A stretch of 63,938 nucleotides of DNA, the filler included, from Choristocarpus tenellus KU-1152 (taxonomy: Eukaryota; Protista; Phaeophyceae): assembly GCA_964200185.2 (NCBI GenBank). It is 11 parts of 11 records of this genome, joined end to end, with 100 filler letters (N's around TTAATTAATTAA, not from the genome) between each part and the next. Parts side by side here need not be neighbours in the genome. Positions count along the whole stretch, not along the records: positions 11,887 to 31,058 come from CAXNAD020000487.1; positions 31,159 to 34,172 come from CAXNAD020022934.1; positions 34,273 to 37,862 come from CAXNAD020019078.1; positions 37,963 to 42,284 come from CAXNAD020015122.1; 7 more parts are not named here. One strand, written 5' to 3'. Below, piece after piece: positions 27,036 to 40,112 of this stretch (its first letter is position 1; the number at the start of each line of letters is the position of its first letter). A program made the position numbers and the translations under genes. The notes beneath the pieces are model-generated. The model saw only the letters and a program-made list of their open reading frames with translations, searched no databases and was not told where the DNA came from.

Positions 27036-29050
27036 GGAAGGTTGAAGGTGTGAACGGGATGATTGGTACTTGATGTGTATCTCTGTGTAGAAAAGGTGAA
27101 GAAATGCGCGGAATAAGGTACTACTAGTTCTTAATTTGTATGCTCAATGCAGTATTGGTGCACTGAGGGGACGAAGGTACAAGGAGGAGCTACACAGGCA
27201 TAAGTGTCAGTCATAGCCCTAACCCCATGTACCCGTACTTCAATTGCAGTATTGCTGCATTCATATCAATAATTCTGGATGCAGTATTGGTGTAAAAGGG
27301 GGTGAAGGCACGAAGAGTAGAGGTGGTACGTCACTTGGTGTGAATTGCTTGAAAGGAGAAGTGGACTTAGATAGGCGTAGGTGTGAGTCATAGACCTGAT
27401 CCTCTCTGTGTCCATATGCTTCTCTTAAGTGTATAGTAGAGGTGGGTGTGTGAATGTATGGATGTATGAATGGGAGAGGTTGTAAGTGATGAGTGTTGTT
27501 GCACAAAGGGGGTAAGGTCACGTATGGCATGCGCGTGTGGTACGTTGAAGGGGAGGGGTGAAGGTATACACTGATGAGTGAGACTTGATGCGTATAGCTG
27601 TAAAGAAGAGAGTCAGAGTAAACGAGAGGTCCCAGAGTTGCATTCTAAGGATGCTGACAAATATGTGCAATACTCGACTTTTTCTACAAATAATGTACGT
27701 AAGATATTTTCTGAATTGAGTCGAAAAGTATTCAAACATTAGACAAATAAACTCTCGAGTCAAACTTAGAACTTCATCCATAGAAATATGGGTGAATTGC
27801 AGAAGGTTGAAAAATAGACTTAAATGTAAAATGACCAAAACTTGGGTACCTCTCATTTACTTTGACTCAGAAGTGAACGTATGAACAGTGGAGGCGGTAT
27901 TTCATACGTATGGATATGGGAAAGAGCTTATAGTATGAATGGGCTGAAGGTACTTGATGTGTTTGTCTGTTGAACTTAGCTAAGTCAATTCATTAGATGA
28001 GTGTTACTCGATTTGTACCACTGCATGGAAGAGGTAAAGCTATACATGGAATTAGAGGTTATTAATGTGCAGAGGTGTAAAGAAGAGGTTGAGGCATGAA
28101 TGGGCTGGGTTGCACTTCATGTGAACAGGTGGGGGAAAGAGTTGCAGGTATGAACGGTGTGATTGCCAGTTGATATGCACAGGTGCACAAACAGGGCGAA
28201 GACATGCATGGAGTTAGCAATCCATGAGTCAAAGTATCTTAGAGGGTAGAGCCGCGTCCATTTGGGGGCCAAAATCCAATGTTATGATTTTTTTGATGTA
28301 ATTGTGGCTATCGTATTTGTTAGAAAGTGTCAATATCCTTGTTCCAGACATATACATGATACCTACTCCAAAACGTACACATTTTACCTACTCCGAAACA
28401 CTTCGGAATGGGAAAATTTCATTAAAAAAACCTTGGGAAGCCAAGCCCCAGACGGACAAACAGGGCAATACTCGTACCCTCTAAGATACTTTCACTCCAT
28501 AGTGATTATTGATGTACAGAAGGGATTAAAGTAGGAATTGTTGAGTTGTTCTGGATTGGTGTTGATGAAGGAATGTGTAAGAGAAAAAGTACATGAAGGG
28601 GATTGGTGCAAAGAAGGAGAGGGATGAAGGTAGCATATAGATGAGCGGTACTTGACATATATCACTATGCAGAAGAGGTCAAGATATAAGTGAGAAAGGT
28701 GGTATTAAACCTGTACAGATGTAGGAAATAGCTTAAGGTGTGAATGAACTGATTGGTACTAGATGTGTATGACTGTACAAAAGAAATTATCCTATCGGTT
28801 ACATTAGTTGTAGTCTGTCTATCGCCGTACAGAAGAGATTGAGAGTCGTACATGGGATGCGGGGAAGTTTACGTCTAGAGGTACAGAAAATAGGATTATG
28901 CCTGAATGAGGTGAGTGTTATCATGTATCACATGGATTGCTCCACAGGAGGTAAATGAATGGGATGATTAGCAATTCATGTGTACTGGTGTACAAACGGG
29001 GCAATGTCATGCGCGCATGGGATAAATTGTAGATAATGTGCGTAACTGTA
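27036..29050. repeat. Highly degenerate 54-bp periodic array, interrupted by a MITE at 28226-28497
   Basis: Unit starts recur 54 nt apart: 27036/27090; 28028/28082/28136; 28672/28726/28780/28834/28888. Consensus ~GAAGAGGTNAAGGTATGAATGGGNTGATTGGTACTTGATGTGTACAGGTGTA. Confidence 0.75.
28226..28497. mobile_element. MITE family A copy 2 with 3-bp TSD CAT
   Basis: CAT|GAGTCAAAGTATCTTAGAGGGTA ... TACCCTCTAAGATACTTTCACTC|CAT. Confidence 0.95.
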
Positions 29051-31158
29051 CTCGAGGGGTTCAGGTGGGAGTAGGACCAGTACTATCAGGAGCGTGTTGC
29101 AGTAGGAAATGGTTGAAAAGATGGATAGGATAAGTCCAAATTATCGTGAATTTGAGCAAAAGGGGGCTTGAGGCAGGAGTGGGATAAGTATTACTCTATA
29201 CATATTGCTATACAGAGGAGGATAATGTTGTAAAGAAAGGAGGCCATGTACGTATATTGTTGTGTAAACGACGAACGAGTAAAAAGTTGCATTCAAATGT
29301 AGCAATATGAAGTATAGGATAACATTCAACCTGCGGAGTTGGTGGCTTGTATGAGAATGGGCTAGTGATAAGGCAACGCATTTGATTCACAAGGGATCAC
29401 GAATTAATCGAAGGTGAGTGTGCCAAACCCCTCCCACATGATACCAAACCCCACACAAAAAGCAAAAAAAATGAGATATGACAGTAAATAGTACGGCACA
29501 TATACATGCAAGCCCAGTTAATGTCTCACCTAAGAATAATGTTTGATAGTAGTAGCATATTATGATATACATGTCCTGGATAGGGGCAACCCCTTCCACC
29601 CTCCCTGCCGGGCAACACACAACTACTAGAGGAATGACAAAAGTTCAAATATGGTAGGTCAATGGATGCCACTGAACAGCAGGAACTCAAACTCAATGGA
29701 GCTGCTGTCTGTTCTTCCTTTGGTTCCTATGGATACTTGTAAGAGGAACAAAACAGGGCAACCATAGAATGGTTAGACCTTGGCTTATAGACAAGTCTTC
29801 CCACCACAGCACCAAAGCATTCAGTGCGACCTTCCAGTACAACAAATGCTGTAAAGAAACATTAATAGCCAAGGGGAGGGTTTCATTAAAAGAAACTTGA
29901 ACAGGAATTTAACATACTTGGGGGCACTATACAGGCAGCGCGAAACACCAAATATCCCACAAACTGTACAAGCAAGTGTATTGGCTGGATGTCGTCTTGG
30001 ATGAAAACAGCCCTCCACACAAGCGCATTTTCCCAACCATACCAATGTCTTGGGGTCAAACCAAACAACAGCACTGCAGGAACAAAGGTCAGCCTGTCAC
30101 ACTAACCCCAACTCACCAATAAGACATACTGTAGTTCCCTGCTGGGTAAGGGTTTACACATCTACCTATCATTTTCACACATTCCAACAATTTCTTGGAG
30201 TGACAAGACGCTGGGACAGCTGTGTCTCCCTCAAGCCATAAGCAGGTACGTAAGCATAATCTCAAAAGCTAAACACATACATTTTTACTAAGTGTCTACC
30301 ATATGAAGGAAGACAGCAAATAACATGGCCTAGGGTTTACAGACAAAAAAAGTTATCAAAAGGCATTGCTGAGGTAACATCGAACATGTCACACAACAAG
30401 TCTTCCATCAAGTCAACACAAGACAGCAATCACACTGCAACAATGTCAACACAAGACACATCTCTCAAAATCATCTGCGATGTTTGGCATTTGCCAGTCC
30501 CCTCCAGAATATCCCTTATCCCTGACTGACACCTTTCCCAGTGCATTTTAATAACATACTGCCAATACCTCAATATCTCACGCCATTCAAAACTGCTCCT
30601 CACACATACACCAGTCTACACCTCCCTACATACCGAACAAGTACCAATACTAGCAACAGGTTTAGCGGCATAATAATGCAGACTCAAAAGATGAGGATAC
30701 TTCTACCCAACGTAAGCAACAGGTTTAGCGGCACCCACTCCCGTGGGCTCATTCGTCGTCACTGTCTGCAAACTTGACTGAGTGAGTGACTGTGGAGATC
30801 AATCCTCCACGATAATTTCCCCTCTTCTTCTTTGTCTTCTCATGCCGAAAGTCCTTACCCCTGACCTTGAGCAGTTTCTCACTAGCCTTGGCCCCGTAGC
30901 CTCCGACACCAAACGTGCCCTAACTCAACAACAAAGGTATCAGTGGGGCCACGACAACAACAGGTGCCATGGGTGAGAGTGGGGGGGGGGGGAGGGAAGG
31001 AAAATTCAGGTTAAGATTCCTCACGATGATACATGCATCTCACTTGGCGTTTGGCACTNNNNNNNNNNNNNNNNNNNNNNNNNNNNNNNNNNNNNNNNNN
31101 NNTTAATTAATTAANNNNNNNNNNNNNNNNNNNNNNNNNNNNNNNNNNNNNNNNNNNN

Positions 31159-31181
31159 CCCCCCCCCAGATATTTTGGGTC
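31159..31181. mobile_element. MITE family B terminus at contig start
   Basis: cccccccccagatattttgggtc. Confidence 0.65.
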
Positions 31182-31999
31182 AAAAGCTAGGCACCTGGTG
31201 AGATGCCTCATCAATAGTAGGCTTAAAGTCACAATTGGCGACATTATTTAACGATAACAATATCACCAAACAAAACCAAACACTGTCAATAACAATCAAA
31301 ACGTATAGAGAAAATGCCAGTATCAGCACCAGACTATTGACTTATTCGGATACAAATGTGTTCTGTTGCGTCTGCCAAGTTGCGCCGATCGCCTACTCCT
31401 GACCAAGATATATGCAAATTTAGCAACACAGTGCACAAGAGGAAACCTTTACTTATGGTCAAACGTTCCAAAACAGGATTACTCTGAATTGAAAGACACG
31501 ACAACAGTAGCCACAAGTGCACAAAACAAGAGGGACTGAGCAACTGAACATACACAGATTCTAGCTAGGCACATGCTTTTTTCCATCCTTTGGGTCATAC
31601 CACGATGGGTTACGTCATCTTAGGTGTAACTGGGAGGTACTTCGTGTGGTACAACATGACTACGGCAGACCCGGTCCCTCAAACATGGTCCCTACCTTTC
31701 TTATATGAACTCGAGTTTTGCAGTACCAAGTCTGGCACTATCACTCTGTAGTTGCCACAAACAATTTTGCACCCGTAATGGCAATATCAGAGTACAGACC
31801 AGCCCTTGTCAAAACCACATACAGTGGCTATATAATTGTTTATGATAGCCCTATTGAGGGTGTGCTCAAGATGATCAAAACGGAGTAACCTATTGGACCC
31901 TTTCTGCCCACTTCACCACAGTGGAGATGGACCACGGAATGCGAAGTGGTTAGGGGTGGGAGGGAGATAGCCGAACGGCCCCCAACAGCTGCGAATGAA

Positions 32000-32450
32000 G
32001 CGAGAACGACCGAGATTGAGGGCTATGTAGTAGGGTGTGAAACGTTCAAGGAATCCTACAGATAAATAGTGCGTGGATTGGGTGTGTGCTCGTGATATAT
32101 CTTTAGCAAGTAGGCCATGAGTAAGGAATATTGTCCAAAGATTCTTGCTATGGATTTGGTTATAGTTCCATGGGGATAAAAATTTTCATGGATGTGAGGA
32201 GACTAAGGTGTTTCACAAATACTGTTCTCAACGTGTGTGGAGTCGATCGGAAATCTTGGGACACAAACCTATCATTCAATGAGTTGGGGAGGCAGTGCAG
32301 ATGCTTGTCAAGGTGGTAAAGAAAAAGAGGCTGGACGGATCAAACATGTGGACATTCGACATTTGCAGGGACCCTATCAATAGTAGTGTCAAATAGAATA
32401 CAATGATACTAAGCAAAGGGATTCAGAGACATCAGTGACACAAGATAGGA
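32000..32450 (+). pseudogene. Degenerate copia RNase H remnant
   Basis: Fragments EIEGYV (cf. LEGYSD), RIKHVDIRHL (cf. RTKHIDIRYH) and QIEYNDTKQ occur in the expected order, with stops and frameshifts. Confidence 0.5.
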
Positions 32451-34395
32451 ATGGTGCAAGAGAAAAACATAAGGGTAGAAGTATGGCTAGAGATCGATAC
32501 TCCTGGCATGCATGTTAGCTTATAGGGGGGTCAACTTTCAGAACAGGTATTGGTAGCTAGTCAAGCCACTCCAACACAAAGCAAAAAGTATTTAATCGAG
32601 AATAGCAAGATGAAAAATGGAGGGGAAAATTGGAACTGATTTGGATTGTTACACGTTTCTCAAACTCTGGATGCACCATTGCTTGTGACTGTCCCGCAAT
32701 TTGGGCACAGCATGTAGTTTACCTTCGGAATGTCCTGTTGTCCATATTCGCTTCAAGCAACCTAAGGGTGACAATCTCTCCTTCACTGGAGCCCAAAACA
32801 TCGTTCTGAACCTTTGCAATCTTCCACAAAGAAAGGTCAGTGTCGTACACGCCTGATAGCAGAGGGGGTTACAGATCCCCTTCCACACTGTCGTGTTTGG
32901 CCGAGACATAATCCCACCTAAGGAAGGACCTACCATGATGGAAGATAATATTACAGGTGTAGTTACAACTCTTGTGTCATCTTTATTACTGACTTGTTCC
33001 CAACCAGAGTATGAAGTGGTAACACTTGATATGTGCTGGCAGAGAAAGCTGCAACCCTCTCGAGTAATCATTGCATTAAGGATACCACTATCTGGGTTCG
33101 CCTTGTCAAAAACCTTTAAAAATATGCCGCAATTACCATGATGGCATCCGAATAAAAGGTAGGTTAGAATATCAAAATGTTCAATCTGTAACAGTACGCG
33201 GTGCAGATGGCAGTTGGTTCTCGAAGGGTGTCTAGTCTGTGTCATTTTGATCCATCTTCGTGCATCCCCCTATACCCTGACAGACTAATGAACAACACAG
33301 AAAGGACCCAACTGTAAAAGTAGACTTCTTTATTTGGAACAGGGTTTCTAACAGGGATCGCACCCTCTGGGCTCAGGTTGTCCTATCCACTGTGGTCGTT
33401 TTTCGTGATCGTCTTCCTCTTGGCATGGGTAGCACATTGCATTGGCACACTTGCTCTCTTGGTTCCACCACCAAAACGGCATCTCTACATCATCACTCAA
33501 TAAATCACTGTTGCAATTAATGCATGTTTGGGGAGTGTAAGAGGGGGGTCATCACGCCCAATATAACCACACCTATGGCCATGTTCTGTCCTCATCACCA
33601 TCATCACCCTCTTTGTCAAACCACATAAATTGAATGAACTGTTTATTTATTAGATCTTTGGTAAGTTCCATAATATCATGTCGGTATTTTTCAACATATA
33701 CGTTGATCACATCTGTAAAGAATGACCGATTCAACAGTTTTTCCAACATCAACCTGTCTTGACGTTTGACTGTCGGAAATATCTCTTGATATCAGTTGAA
33801 TGTTTCCCCACTCGTTCGAAACCTAAAGTGGTACCACCAGTACTGATGTTACTGGGATTGACCCATCATAACTATTGCTGTAGAGAACAGTTTTTATAAA
33901 GAAATGCACGTTCGTATGTCTCCAACTCCGCACTCCAAGACCTTGGGACTCTTTTATTTTTCGATTTATTTTTATTTGTTGAAGAAAAGGTACTCTTACT
34001 GGGGTCCGAACCCTGGATCGTAGGTCATCAGGAGTGCCCACAGATCTACTATTACTTGATTTTATTATTTTGCCCTCTGACATTTTGCAGATGTGTCAGG
34101 GGGGAAACCAATCAAAACTATATATATATGTAGTTATTAGCGCTAAAGAAATAAAGTATACTAAAAATAAGANNNNNNNNNNNNNNNNNNNNNNNNNNNN
34201 NNNNNNNNNNNNNNNNTTAATTAATTAANNNNNNNNNNNNNNNNNNNNNNNNNNNNNNNNNNNNNNNNNNNNTTTTTTTGATAATGTATTTTTTTTATGA
34301 ATTGTAAAGAAAAGAAAAATCTTAACTTTTTTTTGACAAAGGCTACAAGAGTATTCCTGCTCTTTTTTTTTTTTGGATGCCTTGTTCCTTGTAAG

Positions 34396-35243
34396 GTGAT
34401 TGGAGACAGCACAAATGATGCATCAAAGCTTATGAAGAGGGAGGGGGTGCGTTCGGTGCCATCCTTTCACTTCTGGAAGGGGGGAAAGAAGGTCAGTCCA
34501 AATCAAGTGTCTTTAAACTTGTGTTAACTTTCAGTATGGATTATAGATTGCATGGGGAGTATGAGATGGTGTGTTGGCCCTGACCCCTGAATGAGTAGTT
34601 GCATTTCGTTTTTGTTCTTCAGGTTGTTTGAACGTGTTAAGTATTTTTCACATGGTGTCACTTTTTGTTTTTTTCTTGTTTTGAAACTGCCAGGGATTGG
34701 AGAATAGGAATGCAGGTATCTATGCAATAGATTTGGAATGCATTTTGGATTGAGGAGGTTGTGTGAAGAGAGTAGTATACTACTGCCGAAGTCTGGTAAA
34801 TGAAGCAAGGAAGAGATCTGCACCATCTTATTCATTTACATACATGCTCTTGTTTGCTTTGACCCTCTTCAGTGTGGTGAAGACAATCTACTTTTCAATC
34901 AATAATCCCTTCTGGGCCCTTTCCTTGAAGGTTACCAATTTTTGCAACGACTCAGGATCGACTCCTCCGTTGTCTCTTGCATAGGGTTAGGGTTATGTTT
35001 CAATTCTGTCCATATTGATTTGACTATAAAATGCCATTGTATATCTAGATGTAAGGATGCCATGTGATGTTCTAATCAATCATCATTGATGGTATTTTTT
35101 TAAAAATTGAATCCAACATCACCTCTATTGGCCATCAACCTACAAACTGGTATCTCTATGAAAAATATACATACATACAGGTGGACTTTGTGAATGGTGC
35201 CAACATAGAAGCTCTCGAATCGGCGATCCGTGATCTTTCCTGA
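34396..35243 (+). CDS. Thioredoxin, f-type (plastid-like), last two exons 34396-34491 and 35181-35243; 5' part missing
   Basis: Spliced VIGDSTNDASKLMKREGVRSVPSFHFWKGGKK|VDFVNGANIEALESAIRDLS*. This is the thioredoxin C-terminal half with the cis-Pro (SVPSF) and GAN motifs, and resembles diatom Trx-f as I recall it. Confidence 0.8.
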
Positions 35244-37962
35244 ACTTAACTTCAAAGAGGTTGGATCACTTGATCAACATGTACCAAATTCTGCTCCGGA
35301 TGCATCTAAGCAGAGATGCATTGTGCTCCCATCAGAGGGCTCACAGACTACTACTAGACGTAGAAGAAAGGACTTCAGGGGTCTCCAAAGGGCATGATGG
35401 CGTTTCCTCACTTGCCTCTTTTTTCACACCTTGCGTCTGAACCCTTGCTCTCCATGGCTCTGGGCTATACTACCGTAGCAGCCGAAAGAGTGATGGCAGG
35501 ATAGCGATTTTGAAGACTGTATGGACTTTGTGTGTTCGTGTTTGCCATTGCGCTTTTTGCTGCTTTCTCAGGCAGATTTTCTTACTAGGTTGACTGTATT
35601 TTTTAATGCATTACAGTCACAGTGATACCGTTTGTCTTCTGTGCCTCTGGTTACATACCCCACTGCCTATAGAGGTAGTTATCTTTCCTGTGAGGATGGC
35701 TGCAGTTCAGAAATGGACAGGTTTTAGTTGCTACTAATAGGTGCATCTAAGTGGCTAGTGGCCTGGCAGAGGTTGACTGGGTCATACAGATGACTGCACC
35801 TAATTTTGTGTCTTAAAACGGTGAGAGGTGAGCTTAGGACAGGCTGTAGTGAGAAATCAGTGGTTTAGTCCAATTGTACTTGTAGCTGGAGTGACAGGGG
35901 AGACAGTAATTGCACACAGGTGAAGCCTCATGTTTCAACGGGCTTTGAGTTATCAGATTGTTTGAAATACATGACAATGGTATGCTGTTGGATGTCAGTG
36001 AAGAGTCCTGAGTGGTGGGCTGTATAGAATCAAGTGCTTTGGATGTTGTTTTGGATGAGGTGGTCAAGCTGGAGCATTGTGTGTTGCGAGGAAGCGAGGA
36101 AACTAGATCAGGACAAGCAGTGTGGGGATACATGAGGGAGAGTAGGGTCTCAAGAATTTGGGAGGGTGAGTTTGTTGATGGAGTCATGCCGTACAGTCAC
36201 CAATATAGTACAACTAATTAATAATTTGTTCAAGATGAGAGGGTTTTGTAATGAATACTTTTCTTGGGGAGCAAGTCCCTACCTACCTACGTACCTACCT
36301 ACGTATTTTGGGCAACTTGCGAAGATAGCTTTAACTATGTATGACTTGTACAAAGCTGATCCGACTCAAAACAGATACTCAAAAGTCACCTCAATATTTT
36401 CCACCACAGTTTTTCACAACAGTAGTGGGATCAAATGTTGAGGGTCACGCCTACCTAATATTCAATGAAACATCTCATTTTCACACCAAGAGGCTTTTCT
36501 GCGCATACGGTGTTTGACACAGTTGGCATGAGCTTGGAGTGAAAAGATTACCCTTGCATGAGCAACACAAATGCCACGTGGGAGTTTGACGCAAACAGGG
36601 TCAAGACTGTACTTGGAGGAGACGCATATAAGTGGATCAGATCACCCTTAGAATGAAACCAGGTGATGAGACTATTCACAGGTAAATTTTTACATCACCT
36701 ACAGAGGCTCCTGTGGACCTTTTTGTCTTACAAAACATTGGGGGCAGGTATTTGCTCTTTCTGTTGGAACTTCACACAGCGCAACAGCTGTCAGAAAGCT
36801 GCAACCTATTCCCAAAGTCTATTTGAGTGGTCTCTTGAGGTTTATCCCATGTTCCTGCTGCAATCCGTGAAGCCAAATCATTCCAACTTCAAGCCAAGCA
36901 TCAGGATTCAAAAGCATACACCCACTTCTGTTGAAGTCCTCTCACAGCGCCTCCACACCTTACGTAAAATAAAAAATATTACATGAAACAAAAGCAATGT
37001 ACACACATGGTCACTGATGCACATTTCCAAATGATTACGCCATGCCTGTTCTCTGTTTTCTCATTTTGCACCTCCCCCAGCCACTTTCAAACATGTGTGA
37101 AACCTACACTTGATTTCCCAGCAGTCACCACAGAAGGGGTACCACAAGGTAGATGTTAGTACATTAGAGTACCATAGCTCAAGGGTAATGTCCCCTCCAC
37201 GAGAACAAGATGAGACCAACTACAGTCTCATCCCATCATTCAACCAACATGTCATGTGATTTCAAGTTTCCAGTCTTGAGAGGAGAGCATCAGACTCTCA
37301 TTTTTACACAAGACACTCATGAATCCCTATGCACTCAGACTTGATCTGCCTTCAATAGCACTCCAGCTTTCATGGTCATTGCCCTCAAATTGGCCACCTA
37401 GAAACCATTTCTCTTCCTGAGATGGAGTTGGGGATGGAAGCTCAGCAAGAAATATAAGTAGAGAAATAGTAAAAGGCACATGCACACATTTAATCACAAG
37501 GGAGTACTAGATAATTGGCGACATAATGTACCACAATATAACCCAAACCAATGGTATACCTAGAGCACCCCTCTCCTTCAGTCTGACAGTCAATCTCATG
37601 TACAGATAGTCTATCACCACCATTATCAATAGCTTCAAAGGGGAAGGTCAACACCTCATGGGGACAATCACAAACGACAGACCTCCATCCTAACTCTCAC
37701 CCCGTAGATTAAGGGAGGCACATTCGACTGGCACCATTTCTAGAATAGCTAAATACCTCATGAAAGGACTGATACAATAATGATAGGGATTATTGTGTAT
37801 GCCTGATGTTAAGAATATGCTTTTTATTCATGTGTAAAATATGATTCTGTGGGAGAAACATTNNNNNNNNNNNNNNNNNNNNNNNNNNNNNNNNNNNNNN
37901 NNNNNNTTAATTAATTAANNNNNNNNNNNNNNNNNNNNNNNNNNNNNNNNNNNNNNNNNNNN

Positions 37963-38021
37963 AAAAAAAGGCCCCCCAAGCGCCCCCCCCCCCCCCCCCC
38001 CCCCCCCAGATACTTTGAGCC
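37963..38021. mobile_element. MITE family B terminus at contig start
   Basis: Long poly-C then CAGATACTTTGAGCC. Confidence 0.7.
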
Positions 38022-38141
38022 TAGTCTGGCCCAAGTTACGATTTCTCCTAAGCTTAGAGAGTCACAAGTTGGACAAAGTACAATTTTCCTGAGTCTGCAC
38101 TGACTGGATGCTCTCTTGTCTACACTCGTTCCCCAATGTAC

Positions 38142-40112
38142 CTGTAGCGCTTCAAAAACTTCTCCCGACTGATCACCAACTTTTCTTTCCTGGCATCGCC
38201 CTCTAGGGCAATGCTCGAGGGGTCAGGGACTTTATCCCAGGGCAGGAAGAAGTCACGTAACACTTGACTCTCTGTCTTGAGTCCTGCGCGGACATCTGGA
38301 TGTCGGGAGGTATTGTACCTGCGTGAGAGGATCACGAGGCAGACACACAAAGGTCAAGGTGTTTGGGAGCGCATCCATCTGACTGGAGGCATATCCGTAT
38401 CCCAAATTAGAATGATATAGTATGTGAGGTCTTGCTGCACTTTGAAATATATATATTATATAGTATGAAGTGCGAGAAGAAAATAACATCCGAGCAGCTG
38501 CTGTTCTTGATTTCGAATTTTCCTGTGATTATATATTAAAAAAAACTTGCCTTCTACGCAAATCTTTGAGAGATACATAGCCATCTCCATCATGGTCGAG
38601 GGCGTTGAAAACCTGTGAAATCATGGCCCGTTGTGGCCCTGTTAGGTCCTCGGGTCCAATATTTTCCCTCTCCTGTCCCAATTCTGCACCCATCAACCTC
38701 TTCAGCAGCACTTTCATGGATATTTTTCGGCGAGGTTCTCCACCACTGCATCGACTGAAGAGAGCTGATATTGCTTCTTTGGTCTCATGAGCTGATGACC
38801 TGAGACCAATGTCCCTGAGTCCATTTTGAATGTCACAACGTGACAGGAGACCATCCCCATTTGAATACACTGAGCGGAGTACCCTTGCTAGGGCAAGAAC
38901 TCCGTTTCTGCCGGCACACTCAAGGATCTTGGCATGGAGGTACCTGATTGCATCACCCTTGTTCTCTCTCAATTCTCTTTCTGGTGCTTCTGTCCCAATA
39001 TTTGTCACAGGTTGTCTCTTCTGGACATGGATGGTGTTGCGGCGTATATTGTCCTTATCCCTGTGCTTCAATGTAACTCTTGCTTGAGAAAGATCCGCAG
39101 GAAGAGAGGCAGTGACTTTGGCAGGCCAGCTGCTTTCCTCATCTCTCCTGAAATAGTCATCATGTTCCGTCCTCGTAGCTGTGTGATAACTAGGCATACT
39201 TGCAAAAACACAGCTCGAATCCGGAGTGAGGTCATTGTTCGTGTGGTGGAAATCCTCCTGCGCTAAGTTGCTATTGATTAGGGCATACCGCGGGATCGTC
39301 AGAGATGAACCACAAGAACTAGTTCTTTCACTTCCTCTCCTTTCACTGACTGACTGGTGAATTGCAGATGCCGTTCTAGGACGCTTCTGATCAGGAGAAA
39401 GCCTCATCGGATTATCAACGTTAGTTGTGCCACAACTCCGATTAGTAGCTTCATTGTACGATGCATGTAGTCTTTGCTCGGCAACGTTCGACCTATCAGT
39501 GGGACCTCGCTTGTCAGGGTTGTCTCCTGACGTCATACAAAGCCTTGCGCGGATTCCCAAAACACGGGCCTCTTCCTGCCTGGCCTTGAAGCCTTGAAGG
39601 AAACGGAGCTTAGCTGCCATACCAGGTACGCAAGTAAATTCTGCCAAAGGATGAAGGGTGAGGGCCACTGATTCTCCTGCGGCAAGATGGCTATGAAGAG
39701 AGTGGATGACCCCTTCGACAATCCTCTCGGCCACCGGACGAGGTTGCCTGGAGGTCGCGGCGACCTTGGCTATGTTGAGCTTGGCATTACTACAGCCACC
39801 TGCTAGGAATGAGTCTACTGACCAGTCGTGATATTGCAATCTGTGCCGATTTGCAAAGCCTGGGGCCAGGAAAAACATGAGTTGGCCTCGGGCGTTGAGA
39901 GTGAACGTTCCAAATGATTCGATGCGGACTCCGCGACACGATCCAACAAGGGAGTCTGCTATACATCGGGCGACGCCACTCCATGTGCGCATCACCGACT
40001 CGACGTCAAGTTTCTTGAATCTCTTGCGTACTTTGCGAGCAGCATCCTCCAGGAGGGCTGCAGAAGTGATGTCGACTCCTCTCGCTCCGAGATGTAGTTG
40101 GGGGTTCACCAT
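38142..40112 (-). CDS. CCDC81-type HU-domain + calcyphosin-like EF-hand protein; exon 1 40112-38551, GC-AG intron, exon 2 38318-38142; 3' end beyond contig
   Basis: N-terminal VMRTWSGVARCIADSL..RGVRIESFGTFT..FFLAPGF and LNIAKVAA..IVEGVIHSL..GESVALTL..LAEF (two CCDC81 HU domains). C-terminal GRNGVLALARVLR..NGDGLLS, VFNALDHDGDGYVSLKDLRRRYNTSRHPDVRAGLKTESQVLRDF (calcyphosin signature). Confidence 0.85.

Noticed and set aside
29640-30240. SWIM/CxC-like motif KCACVEGCFH suggesting a MULE or KDZ transposon remnant
   Set aside because: Too short and degenerate, with no catalytic motifs.
33989-34055. tRNA/SINE-like sequence on the minus strand (GGGTTCGGACCCC B-box-like)
   Set aside because: No acceptor stem or D-arm can be folded. 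At most a decayed tRNA-derived fragment.
36012-36221. MORN-like WEGEFVDGVM peptide
   Set aside because: Single occurrence with no repeat; likely chance in a G/T-rich frame.
36700-37440. Possible minus-strand terminal exons (..GGAVRGLQQKWVYAFES*, or a TGA read-through frame suggesting selenocysteine)
   Set aside because: Frame and splice partners are ambiguous, there is no recognisable family, and no SECIS was identified.
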